Shown one piece after another: positions 52,315 through 62,426 of a stretch of DNA of 64,000 bases; within the stretch, counting starts at the first letter, position 1, and each line of letters starts with the position of its first letter. Under the pieces are notes generated by a model that did not search any database, was not told where the DNA came from, and saw nothing but the letters and a program-made list of their open reading frames with translations. Source of the stretch: Blasia pusilla (lineage: Eukaryota); assembly GCA_050084515.1 (NCBI GenBank), contig CM114271.1:23498001-23562000 (forward strand), written 5' to 3'. The position numbers and the translations under genes are program-made.

Positions 52315-55300
52315 TCAGGCTCTTCCTATCATGTCCAGAGGGGTTCCTTCCACCAAGCATTGAAGAACGGCTGTCTTCTGCTTACCATAGATGCACTGGG
52401 ATATACGTAACACTCGTTCATTGATAGTCTTGTAGTGAGAGGTTTTCTTCCCCTGAAACTCTTTCCGTGCTGTCTCTCGAGCAAGGAGTCCAACCTCCAA
52501 AGTGCTGTTGCTACCAGGACACACTATTTCCATGGCGCGAAGGGCGGTTTCCAGATAGGGGTAATTTCCATGGGGGCCCATGAAGTCTCGGCTCACAGTA
52601 TACAGCTGAGTGAATGACGCTTGCAGCCAAGTTCTCTCTCGGTGCTCAAGCTTCTTGGACGTTTCTATGACCTCAAGCTCTTTAGCAAGGTCTTTAGCGG
52701 GAGCCTTATACGCGTAGGGTGAGAACTGTAGAACGAAAGTGGGATTGGGTTCCAGCCGCGAGTAAAGAGAGTAGAGTTTTTTAAGAGAGGACTCGAATCG
52801 AGTTTCGAGCAAGCAGCGAGCACATTTACATGAAAACCCCCAGCATCTAGATGCAAGCCCTCTCCTCTGAGGCAATGGCTGAAAAACATTGAAGTAACTG
52901 CACAGAAGTTCTTCACCGGCCGATAGATCCCTCGAGGCAAACACAAACAACGCTCTTCCGATGACCACCATTGATACATTAGGAATACAGGAATGGTTGA
53001 GGAACGAAGGTAACACCCACAGACCATAGAAAGCTCTGTCTTCCGCATCTCCGCCTTCCATTTGATAGAGCACGTGCCTCTTCTCTAGTGTTGTGGAAAC
53101 CATGTTCCTATCGATAGCATTTCGCACAATTATGCGGTGAATGCGCTCGTCTTCCAAGTCCCCCGTTTCCATTGGTGCTATCCTCCTCCCGGGAATAAAG
53201 AGATCCATAGACGGAATAGTCTGCTCCGAATAATCCGCTCCATGGCAGAGAGCGAGCAATCGCCGGCGATTCTTGGTAGACACCTTTGCCCGTTCCCGAA
53301 CAGCATGCACAAGCTTCTCTTCCACTTCTGTGTCGAGTCTCCCCTTGGTAGAACTGGCATCAAGTGTGTTTCTTCTTCCCTTACTCCCTGACTTCGATTC
53401 CAACATAGCCAGAGGATTAGATACAAGAAGCAAATCGCCCGCCTCGACATGCTTGGTCAAAAACAGCCCACGACCTTTATATCCACTTGCAGCTTTCACC
53501 TGGACGGGACCGACATAGTCTGCGCAAGTTGGAACCTCTCCAGCAAATCGGCCCCTTAAATAGTAGTCACTCAAGTCGAAGATCCCAAGACGGCTTTGGT
53601 AGTCACCAATACGGCTCAGTTGTATAGCCGCAAGAAGATCTTTGTCGAAGGGTGCACGAGCGTAGGCAGCTTCTAAATGAGCTAAGGCTTGCTGGTAATC
53701 TCCAACGCCGAGGAGAGCTCGACCTTTCCGAAACAGACTCTTCAAGTGATTGGAATCAAGAGAAAGCGCTCTTTCAGCGTCTGCCCAAGCCCTCTCGTAA
53801 TGGTGAAGCCTTAGCCAAGCCTCAGCCCTGTTGGAATAGTCCATCACCACTTCGCTCTCCGTCTCATGACCGTGCTCACATCCCTGATCCATTCCATGGT
53901 TCGGAGTGCAATTCTCCTTCGATTCTTGCAATGCTTTGTGAATCGCTTTAGTGTATAGTTCGATCGCTCCGATCCAATCCTGTCGCCCGAAGTGCTTGTT
54001 GCCGCGAATCCGAAGTGCAGCTGCGGTCAATTTCGACTCATCTACGATCTCCCCGTCCTCCTTAGACTTCGTGTCGCGCGTATCCATAGATATGACTTCC
54101 TTTTGGACAGTTGCTTCCGCAGTGTGAATTTGAGCTTCACCGCCTTCCTCCGCTTCCTCGTTCCCTTTCCCTGCAGATTGGCAATCACATTCGGCTGGAG
54201 ATTCCCTGCAAACCTTCGCATTCCCTTGTGACCTTTGATCCACTGTTCTCCCTGGGGCATTCTGCGGTGCTATGATGCCTTTGTCCGCCTTTAAGTTGGC
54301 TCCCTCCGAAGAAATTACTTCTTTCTCGACAGGCGCTTCACTTGAATGCGGTCGTAGGTGGACCGCTTCCATTTGCTCGCCACCCGGAAACCGTATATCC
54401 CCGTTGGCGACAGATCCATTACAAAGCTTCGAGATCTCTTCAGACCTCCGATCTGATGCTTGCTCATCTGTTGCATGAGATGGTACCTCCTTCGAATCCT
54501 TATCGTCTGCACTTCGAATTACCTCATGCTTTACAAACCCATTGCAAGCCTTCAAATTACCTTCTGACGTTGTCGCTGCAATCCTCGTTTTTTCTCCATC
54601 AAGAGCATTTGACGTCACCTCACCGTTCTGCGATTCCGAGTCGTCTGCAGGTCGGATTTCCCAGTCACCGACGAGGCCATTGCACACATTCGATACCTTC
54701 TCTGAGCTGTGTTCCAATGATTCCCCATCAATTGCGTGTGATGTTACCTCACCGTCCTCCAATTGCTCGTGGTCCGCACGTCGCATTTCGTTGTGGACTA
54801 CAGAACCATTGCCTGCTTTCAAGATCTCTGATAAACTCAGCTCTACTACTTCCCCATCGGCAGCCTCACCAACCCTATCGACACCATGTTGAGTTCCCCC
54901 ATTGGATACAAAACCATTACATGCCTTCGGGCTCTCCCGTGACGTCTGCTGCAATATTGCACCATCAACCGACACCATAGGATTTACCTCCAAGTTTTCT
55001 TCAATCTGGCATTCAGAAGTTTGCTCTGATCTGCATCCATTTGTTACTTGCACTTGGTCTACCAGAGATTCGGTGCTGAGGAGAGTAGGTTCCTCCATCG
55101 TTGCGTTCTCAGATCTTCGTTCCTCCCGTGGGGGCGGCTCTGAAGTCGATCTTTCAGCTTTGACGTACCCCAGAAACACCGCGCACTCCTGACCACTAGC
55201 TCCGTCTCCATTCTGTATACAAAATCCTTCCTGCCTTTCGAGGCTCTCCTCAACGCCTCTTCGTGCCTCATACTCGCTCCGGGATTCCGCACACTGGTTG

Positions 55301-57057
55301 AGAATTACATCCCCTCCACGATCTGGATCGCTCACAGAAGTATCCTCCATAAATTTCGCGGCGGACTTCTGCTCAAGCACGTCCTGAGTGCTACTCGACA
55401 CATCGTCCAACTCTTGCTCACGAGCATCTCCAGTCTCCAAACTCCTTTCAGTTCTGTCATGATACACTCCCCACTGGGAGTGACCCTCCGCACATCTGAT
55501 TTCAGACTGTCGGTCATGCGCATCCTGCAAGCTGAAGAGATTCTCCGTCACTTCCTCCCTAGCTTCAGCTTCCAACATACTCCCAGCCCTGGTCTGCGAA
55601 TGTGCGTCCTGGTTGTAAGTCGCGTGAAACTCTTCGATTCTGTCAGGCGACTTCGATACTACGCGAGAACTCGTGTGATCAGACACTTGCGCACCAGCAT
55701 CCCCAGCCAGCAACATGACCTCAGTCGCGATCCGAGAGCTCTGACCAATACTCTTCCTTTGGGCTCTTTCCGTCTGGTTGAATGGCACTGTGTCTAGAGG
55801 GAATTCATCCACAGTCGGTATGAGCTCAGGCTCATCCGCCTTCACTACGGAGACCGGTTCTTGCCGAGGACTGAGAAACACGAACTCGTGTTCACAGATT
55901 TCCTCAGCCGTCGAGCTTCCTTCGGGCCGAGGTACTCTGCCCTGTGAAACCTCACCAATGCCTGGTTTCGCAGTATCAGCTCCCTCTGCTTCAGCGTAAC
56001 CCGTGTGACTCTTCAGCGCCGGATTCCCAGGCGCCCAGATATTACTGAAACTCAACGTCCGCAAGCTGGAGACTTCGCAGGGATCGCTGGCATTTTCCGT
56101 GGGCGACTTCACCAATTCGTACTCCGAACCCGTATCTCCAGACACGACGTCAAGCTCCTCCGCATTCTCATCATCCTCAGTCCCGATCTCTGGTGTCAAG
56201 GTGAATCTTCTGAATTTTCTGATCACTCTTACTTCTGGCAGACGATCGTGAGGTTCATCCAAGAAATTTCTCTCCCAGGGACTCAAATTCCTGCCGAGAG
56301 GTGAAGGCGATGGTATGAAACTGCCATTGGGAGTCAATCTCGGACTCTCTTGTCCGTCTCCAGGACTACTTCTGAAAACTGGCCAGAGTATACTTTCTCT
56401 CTCGCTGACGGGTGAAGGGATCTCATCCGGTAAGTAGTTGAAGATGATATCCGCGGGATTTTCAACTAGAAGTCCCACCATGCCATCAGAAAACCGCTTC
56501 AAATACGGTTCACGGACAGAGAGCTGAGCATGCTCGGGATAGAGCTTCTGTGCGGTGGCGGTGGTGGCACTCCTGGGCACAGCATTTGAAATGACAATCT
56601 TCGTGGCGTCTCCCGTGCCCTCCTCTTCGAGAACATTCATGACGGCAAATATCTTCACCGACTTGCAACACAGAGTTCCACTGAGTATCCTCCCCCGATG
56701 CACCTTCCCGATTTTAAGATTCTTCAGCCGTATTGGCTTCAAGGATTTCAAATCCTCCAAACTTCCTATCGAGGGGGACTTCGGGCTCATTCCCTCTGCC
56801 ATGAAAGCATACTCGGGCTCGGATCCTTGGTATCCCATTTCCAAAATTGCGGAATCATGCAGCGCGGCTTCCTGCGCCCTTATCAAGCCATATTTTTCGA
56901 AGTGTTCTGAAGATAAAATGCTCGCCGTGTGGTCGGGGGAAGGTATGTGAATGTCGCTGAACCGCCGACCACCAGGGCTTGAACCTTTGTCCAAACTGGG
57001 GCTCGGAGACCTGAGTTCAGAGACAAGACCAAAACCAGCATCCGAGATATCTTCCAT
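52315..57057 (-). CDS. Intronless ~1580-aa TPR + SET lysine methyltransferase (ATXR1/SDG35- and fungal TPR-SET-like) with a long acidic insert
   Basis: First ATG at 57057. TPRs GNKHFGRQDWIGAIELYTKAI, YSNRAEAWLRL, KSLFRKGRALLG. SET motifs GRGLFLTKHVEAGDLLLV, GLWVLPSFLNHSCIPN, ELLCSYF; post-SET WGFSCKCARC. Confidence 0.93.
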   Translation of the reverse strand: MEDISDAGFGLVSELRSPSPSLDKGSSPGGRRFSDIHIPSPDHTASILSSEHFEKYGLIRAQEAALHDSAILEMGYQGSEPEYAFMAEGMSPKSPSIGSLEDLKSLKPIRLKNLKIGKVHRGRILSGTLCCKSVKIFAVMNVLEEEGTGDATKIVISNAVPRSATTATAQKLYPEHAQLSVREPYLKRFSDGMVGLLVENPADIIFNYLPDEIPSPVSERESILWPVFRSSPGDGQESPRLTPNGSFIPSPSPLGRNLSPWERNFLDEPHDRLPEVRVIRKFRRFTLTPEIGTEDDENAEELDVVSGDTGSEYELVKSPTENASDPCEVSSLRTLSFSNIWAPGNPALKSHTGYAEAEGADTAKPGIGEVSQGRVPRPEGSSTAEEICEHEFVFLSPRQEPVSVVKADEPELIPTVDEFPLDTVPFNQTERAQRKSIGQSSRIATEVMLLAGDAGAQVSDHTSSRVVSKSPDRIEEFHATYNQDAHSQTRAGSMLEAEAREEVTENLFSLQDAHDRQSEIRCAEGHSQWGVYHDRTERSLETGDAREQELDDVSSSTQDVLEQKSAAKFMEDTSVSDPDRGGDVILNQCAESRSEYEARRGVEESLERQEGFCIQNGDGASGQECAVFLGYVKAERSTSEPPPREERRSENATMEEPTLLSTESLVDQVQVTNGCRSEQTSECQIEENLEVNPMVSVDGAILQQTSRESPKACNGFVSNGGTQHGVDRVGEAADGEVVELSLSEILKAGNGSVVHNEMRRADHEQLEDGEVTSHAIDGESLEHSSEKVSNVCNGLVGDWEIRPADDSESQNGEVTSNALDGEKTRIAATTSEGNLKACNGFVKHEVIRSADDKDSKEVPSHATDEQASDRRSEEISKLCNGSVANGDIRFPGGEQMEAVHLRPHSSEAPVEKEVISSEGANLKADKGIIAPQNAPGRTVDQRSQGNAKVCRESPAECDCQSAGKGNEEAEEGGEAQIHTAEATVQKEVISMDTRDTKSKEDGEIVDESKLTAAALRIRGNKHFGRQDWIGAIELYTKAIHKALQESKENCTPNHGMDQGCEHGHETESEVVMDYSNRAEAWLRLHHYERAWADAERALSLDSNHLKSLFRKGRALLGVGDYQQALAHLEAAYARAPFDKDLLAAIQLSRIGDYQSRLGIFDLSDYYLRGRFAGEVPTCADYVGPVQVKAASGYKGRGLFLTKHVEAGDLLLVSNPLAMLESKSGSKGRRNTLDASSTKGRLDTEVEEKLVHAVRERAKVSTKNRRRLLALCHGADYSEQTIPSMDLFIPGRRIAPMETGDLEDERIHRIIVRNAIDRNMVSTTLEKRHVLYQMEGGDAEDRAFYGLWVLPSFLNHSCIPNVSMVVIGRALFVFASRDLSAGEELLCSYFNVFQPLPQRRGLASRCWGFSCKCARCLLETRFESSLKKLYSLYSRLEPNPTFVLQFSPYAYKAPAKDLAKELEVIETSKKLEHRERTWLQASFTQLYTVSRDFMGPHGNYPYLETALRAMEIVCPGSNSTLEVGLLARETARKEFQGKKTSHYKTINERVLRISQCIYGKQKTAVLQCLVEGTPLDMIGRA

Positions 57058-59624
57058 GGCTCCTGGTATTGGACAGGACTTCCACAAAGAGCTCGCAATT
57101 TGCAGGAAGAGAAAGAGGAGGAAAGCACCAATGCACGAACTTCACTTGGAAGCACTAGAATTTGCAAGCCACAACAGAAGATAAGAACTCTTCCCTCGTT
57201 GAAGATGGACAGGGATATGCTACTCGTACAAGCATTTTTTTTCAATTTGGTTGAGAGGGAGCAAAATCGGCCATGTGCGAGTGAAACACTCTCCAGCCTC
57301 CATCATACTCGCGCGAATTGTTACATCTTCCGATTTCCTCCCAGGCAATCATTTACACACAATCACTAGACCCAGCCCTCTCCCGCGCGCTCTCCCGCGA
57401 CCACCACCACCACTGTCCAAAATCCTCCTGCTGCCTCTGCCAACAACTTCAAACTCCTCCTCCCCTCGCGCGCGCAGAGCTTTCTCCCGCTTCTCTTCCC
57501 ACTTTGTGTAAGTTTCGATACGTCACTCCCTCTGACAAATCAGACTTCCCCGGCCCTGTCCTCCCCTCCCTCCCCGTCCCCTCCGCTCTGCCCTCTTCAC
57601 CATCATCACGCGGTTCTATTTCATTCACTCGCTGTCCTCGCTTCACCCCTCAAGCTGGTAGCGGCAGCCACGTGCCCACCGTCCATGGCCCGCACTTCCT
57701 CTCTCCGTCTCTGCCCGGGCCGTAAATCGTCAACCCGCGATGCTAGCCGGCCATGCTTTGCTTGGCGGGCCCGCCCCAAGAATCGGAGCATGCAACGGCA
57801 CAGCGCGTTCTTCCATCCATCGAACCTACAGTATTTCTGACTCTGCTCTACCATAACCGCCCTATCACCAGAGATCCATCCTTCCTTCCGCACTAGCCCG
57901 GAAAAAGTGATTATCTCGTCAGTGAGAGACGGTATACTGTCCGGCGCAGAAGCCCGCGGAAATCCGTGTATCCAAATATGGCCGGGCGAGCAGAAACCAC
58001 CATGTCATGCCACTGAAGCCGAAACTTCGGCGCTGTGGGCCGGGCCAATCGTTCCTCCGAGTCGAGATCTCAGAGATTCGGGGATCCCAGTACACGGTAT
58101 CATGAACTAATTTTCAAGATGACAAGCGCACATCGTACAGTGCTTGAATGCAAGTGTCCTGCGTGCCACAGGACCCGCATGCGATTCTCCGGCACTCGGA
58201 GAATGTGCTGCTGTGACTTTCGACTTGCTCGAAGCGCACTCGCACCCTAAACGCGGTGGAATAGCGATCGTCCGCCTTCTCCGTCCTCACTGTTTAGATG
58301 AGATTACAACCTCAAGAAAGGTCTCCCGCATCGATAACGACCCTAAACTGACACAACGCCTCACTTAACCCAGATATCGTTTCAAACGAGGGCTAACCCT
58401 GCTGACAATCTGGCCACCTTGACCTTTTCTCTCACGCACTGGCCTAAAGCAATTAAGCGCCTCGATCAGCTGCCGGTTTTCCTAGATTTAACCTCACAAC
58501 CGCTTCCCCAGCTCTACACGTATGCGCGGAAACCCTGTCGATCCTTCCACGGAACGCTTTGCACGCATGATATTATTTCTGCCCAGACGTACAATGTATC
58601 CACATATCTAAAGATGGGTGCTTGAAATAGGTGGCATCTGAGAAGACGCGAAGAGATTACCTGTGGCAGGACGCTTTCTCCGCGCTCATTCCCCGATACA
58701 ACAAAGTTCATAATCTTCTCTTTACGTCCCGCTGACCGAGACCAGTTCTCCTCGTGAGCGCGCCGACACGTGAAACGGAGATCCGGCGTGGGAAAATGTC
58801 GCCCTCTCAAATCAGATAATTCTGCCTCTAATGGTATTCCTCTCCTTCCACATTTACATCTAACGCGATAGGTCAAAATGGTGTCGTGCCTACATGTTCC
58901 GCGAGAATCAGAAGTGGAAAATCTATATTATCGGGAAGGGATTAACCATTGATGCACTAAAAAAAGACCTCTTTTCGGAGAAGGAGAAACATTTCAAGAA
59001 CAGAGTGTTTATGTAATAATAATAAAAAGTATTCTCCAATAATAATAATATAGATTATCTCGTATCTCGATAGAATAGACCGTCATTCTTAACTAACTTG
59101 CCACTTGTCTTCACTATAATTTGTTTCTAATTATAATTGGAACCTTTAGTTGTATTTAGTTTTCAATCTTCTTGAAGCGAATGGGATTTCGTGATTGGTT
59201 CGCGTTCGAATTCGCGCACTGGAGGCCTTCTAGAGGTGCTCTTGGCGGAAGTCAACATTCCGTTTAGTTGATATTATTTCCATTTTGGTGTACACTAGAT
59301 TTTAGAAGTTTCCTCTTACTCTTCTCCTATCGGGTGTGGCTTGAGAAACTCACTCTCCCATTCTTGTACTTCCCCATCATTCCCGATCTACGCTATAAAG
59401 GGAGGAGAGCTTCTCGTTTGCCGACATTTTTTCACAAAAAAAAATAAGAAAAGAAGGTTGAGAACACCGTAGTCCTCGTTTATACGTGTAGTGCATGCTT
59501 TCTCCAGCTTTCTTCAAAATGGGAAATACATATGCCACGCGTTGATAGGAGAATGGGAAAGCCTTATGAACTCGTAGAGTCCGCCAACACCACATCAACA
59601 CCTGGCCGGGTTCGTTCTTCCCAC

Positions 59625-59810
59625 TCATAGCTCTCTTGTTGTTGCTGATATTGTCTCTGCTGTTGGTGAGTTTCGTCGTTAGAGGGGGGAATGCCCCCTT
59701 CTTCCTTTTCTGGTCTTGTTGTGGCCTTCAGGTTTTGACTCTTTGAGTCCCCCGCTTTTGTACTTCCGATGGGTTTTCCATCACTCGTTTTTATCGAAGT
59801 GCATCTTCTT
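59625..59810 (+). mobile_element. 5'-truncated CRE-like non-LTR retrotransposon copy A
   Basis: Near-identical to the 3' end of copy B. Flanked by direct repeat ttcttccca (59615-59623 / 59810-59818). Confidence 0.85.
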
Positions 59811-59851
59811 TCTTCCCAGCAAGTTCACCTGAGGGAATAACTACCAGAGGG

Positions 59852-60321
59852 AAGAAGATGCACTTCGATAAAAACGAGTGATGGAAAACCCATCGGAAGT
59901 ACAAAAGCGGGGGACTCAAAGAGTCAAAACCTGAAGGCCACAACAAGACCAGAAAAGGACGAAGGGGGCATTCCCCTAACGACGAAACTCACCAACAGCA
60001 GAGACAATATCATCAACAACAAGAGAGCTATGACTACTACTAAGTGGGCCTCTAGCGCCGGCGTCTCCCACAGCCTGAGCCCGCCACAAAATCCCATTAG
60101 CATGGGCACGCTGCAACGCTATGGAGACCCGCTGCCTACAATACAGAATCGCAGTAGCTAAGGACAACCCATTTCTCGAGTGGAGATGATGGGCGCAGTC
60201 CGTAAGGAATGAGTCGAACCTCTCCCTCATAGCCCCATACATCTCTATGGCCAGGGGGATGAAGATGTGTCCCTCGTGTAGTCGACTGTAGATATGTGTC
60301 TTCTTCACCGCCGCCGCCGAG
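59852..60321 (-). mobile_element. 5'-truncated CRE-like (restriction-like endonuclease) non-LTR retrotransposon copy B
   Basis: ORF end AAAVKKTHIY...FIPLAIEMYGAM...FL...RQRVSIALQRAHA fits the RLE C-terminus of CRE-clade elements. Flanked by gaggga (59847-59852 / 60322-60327). Confidence 0.85.
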
Positions 60322-60420
60322 GAGGGATACACCGTTTCGACCACCACCTCGCCTCATCCTGCACTCATCGTCACTAACGCAGCTACTGTACCGGAACGTT
60401 TGGTCGGGATGGGTCATGGG

Positions 60421-60637
60421 CAATGCTCGGCAAGAACCGGCATTCTTTGTAAAAGCAGCCGGTTGAGAATGTGTGATTTCCGATTCAAATCTGAAACTTT
60501 AGGCAAATTTCCGACGTGAAAAATAGGTTTTCTTTGTTAAATTTTAAAAAAGCCGGCTACAATGGTGAAATTGCTGATTACCTTGATCTTTCACTCGGAA
60601 AAGTACCGGTATGCGTCAAAATCCTTGCCGAGCACTG
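60421..60637. mobile_element. Non-autonomous hAT element (MITE), 217 bp
   Basis: 14-bp TIR caatgctcggcaag / cttgccgagcactg (1 mismatch). Perfect 8-bp TSD gtcatggg (60413-60420 / 60638-60645). Confidence 0.92.
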
Positions 60638-61659
60638 GTCATGGGTGTCCTCCGTATGGTAGTTGGACTCGTCTTGCGCGCTGCCCATGCGAGAACGTCG
60701 GAATTTGTCACGTGTCCATATCTGAACCCGAGATATTACTATGGACGGCCCAGATCTCTTATAGCATGGCTCTGCTAATTCGCCGAACTTGGCCTAGGTA
60801 CAGACTACACGCACGCATGCATGGTTCCGTCCATCCTACATCAACGTCGGGGGCTACGTGTCGACATGCCATATTAAGATCTAGACTTGCCGTTATCATT
60901 TCTGAATTGCCGGCTAGAAACTGACCGGCAACATAGGGTCCGTAGCCCACCGGCATTGAAAAAAGATCGGATCCATCCACGTTCATAAAGACCGCTTCTC
61001 TGCGAAATCTGGGAAAAGCTACTCGTACGTACCGGTACGAGTAGCTGCATCCACCGGAGTCACAAATTTATTTATTTATTTATTTTCCTAAACTGGAACT
61101 TAGATACCTCAAGCTTTCTTTTTAGTCTCCTTTTACGTTTTTTACGACTCCATGATCTCCCTTATGGATATGGTTATTTTATTTACTGTACTTTTGTTAT
61201 CGAAGTTTTCATATTGAATAGTGTGGCCTTCCGGTGGATTTAGGACGCACGATGAAAAGGTTTGCATGACACATGACCATAAGTCGTAAATCTAATTATT
61301 AATCAAGCATAAAGTGACTTTTCAATGGGTAATGGTTTCTTTTCTTTTGTGCTTATCGATGAATAGGGTTAATGGATGCCTCTTAAACCCTACGATGGAG
61401 GCATTTACCTCCTCCATCTTCTTCTTTTTTTTAAATTAAAAATGATTTTTTTTACCCTAGAGGTTGGTCTTCATACGGAACTTGTCTAGTCGTTATTTTT
61501 TCTAATATATAGTTCTAAAAATTGAGTCTATGCCGCCCACAAAATGAGTCATAGTCACAACTCCAATAAGGAAAGATCTTGGTGTGATCCATCAAAATCG
61601 AAACCTAAATTACCTAACCAAGAGACTAGGAGAGGCAACTCAATCAACCACAAGACTAA

Positions 61660-62426
61660 TGTTAGGCGAGAAGCGCAAGTATCTTGTGACTAGCCTTAGG
61701 CGAGAAAGGGGCATGGCTACTCGCGAGGACCAAGACAAGGCAAGCAAGGTTTGAGACCTTGGAACCGAGCACCTAGTCAAGGCGAGAAGCAAGGAATACG
61801 TGAGTAGTCAAGATGGGCGAGACATCATGAGAGGCCAAACAAGGAGTCAAGATGGGCACTAGTCATGAGACACATGAAACACGGGTCCAAGCTCCAAGAT
61901 GCATTTGGGGAGCCAAGAACTGCATAATCTGCATGAAGCCTCCGCCAAGTCATCTTGATGGATAACTAGTCAAACGCAGGTTGTCACGTCTTTTAGGATA
62001 GATCGGTGAGATCTAGTAGAGCGCCTTCGTGAGTAGTGGAGGACAGGCTCAGTAGGTTGAGGATGACCTGCTGAGGCCCCGGGAAACCTGAGAGACCAGG
62101 TTTCCCCTTCGTTTCGGCTCATTTGGAGCCATATTGAGCAACTTACTATTTTAGATAAGTACCATTTTGAGTATATGATCGACTTTATATTTTTGGTAAG
62201 TGGCCCTTGACCTCCTACATCAGGTCAAGAGCCACGGAGGTGACTTGGGAGAATAGGTTACCATGGAGAGAGCTTGGGAGAGGGGAGGGGTATACCTCAA
62301 GGAGAGAGAGCTTGAGAGCTCATTCTCTCTTTGTTGAACCTCTTGGCATGAGGCGGCGAAGTTATGATCCCGTGCCTTGTGAGTGTAACCCAAGCCTCTC
62401 ATTAGGAGAGTGGGTTTGGTTTAACA
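61660..62426. mobile_element. Possible LTR-like segment
   Basis: Bounded by TGTTA...TAACA, with internal repeats (aggcgagaag, agtcaagatgggc) and a TATA-like site followed by a GA/CT-rich stretch. No matching TSD, PBS or PPT seen. Confidence 0.35.

Noticed and set aside
52435-57245. Many 60-210 aa overlapping ORFs
   Set aside because: Antisense or off-frame shadows of the long TPR-SET coding exon.
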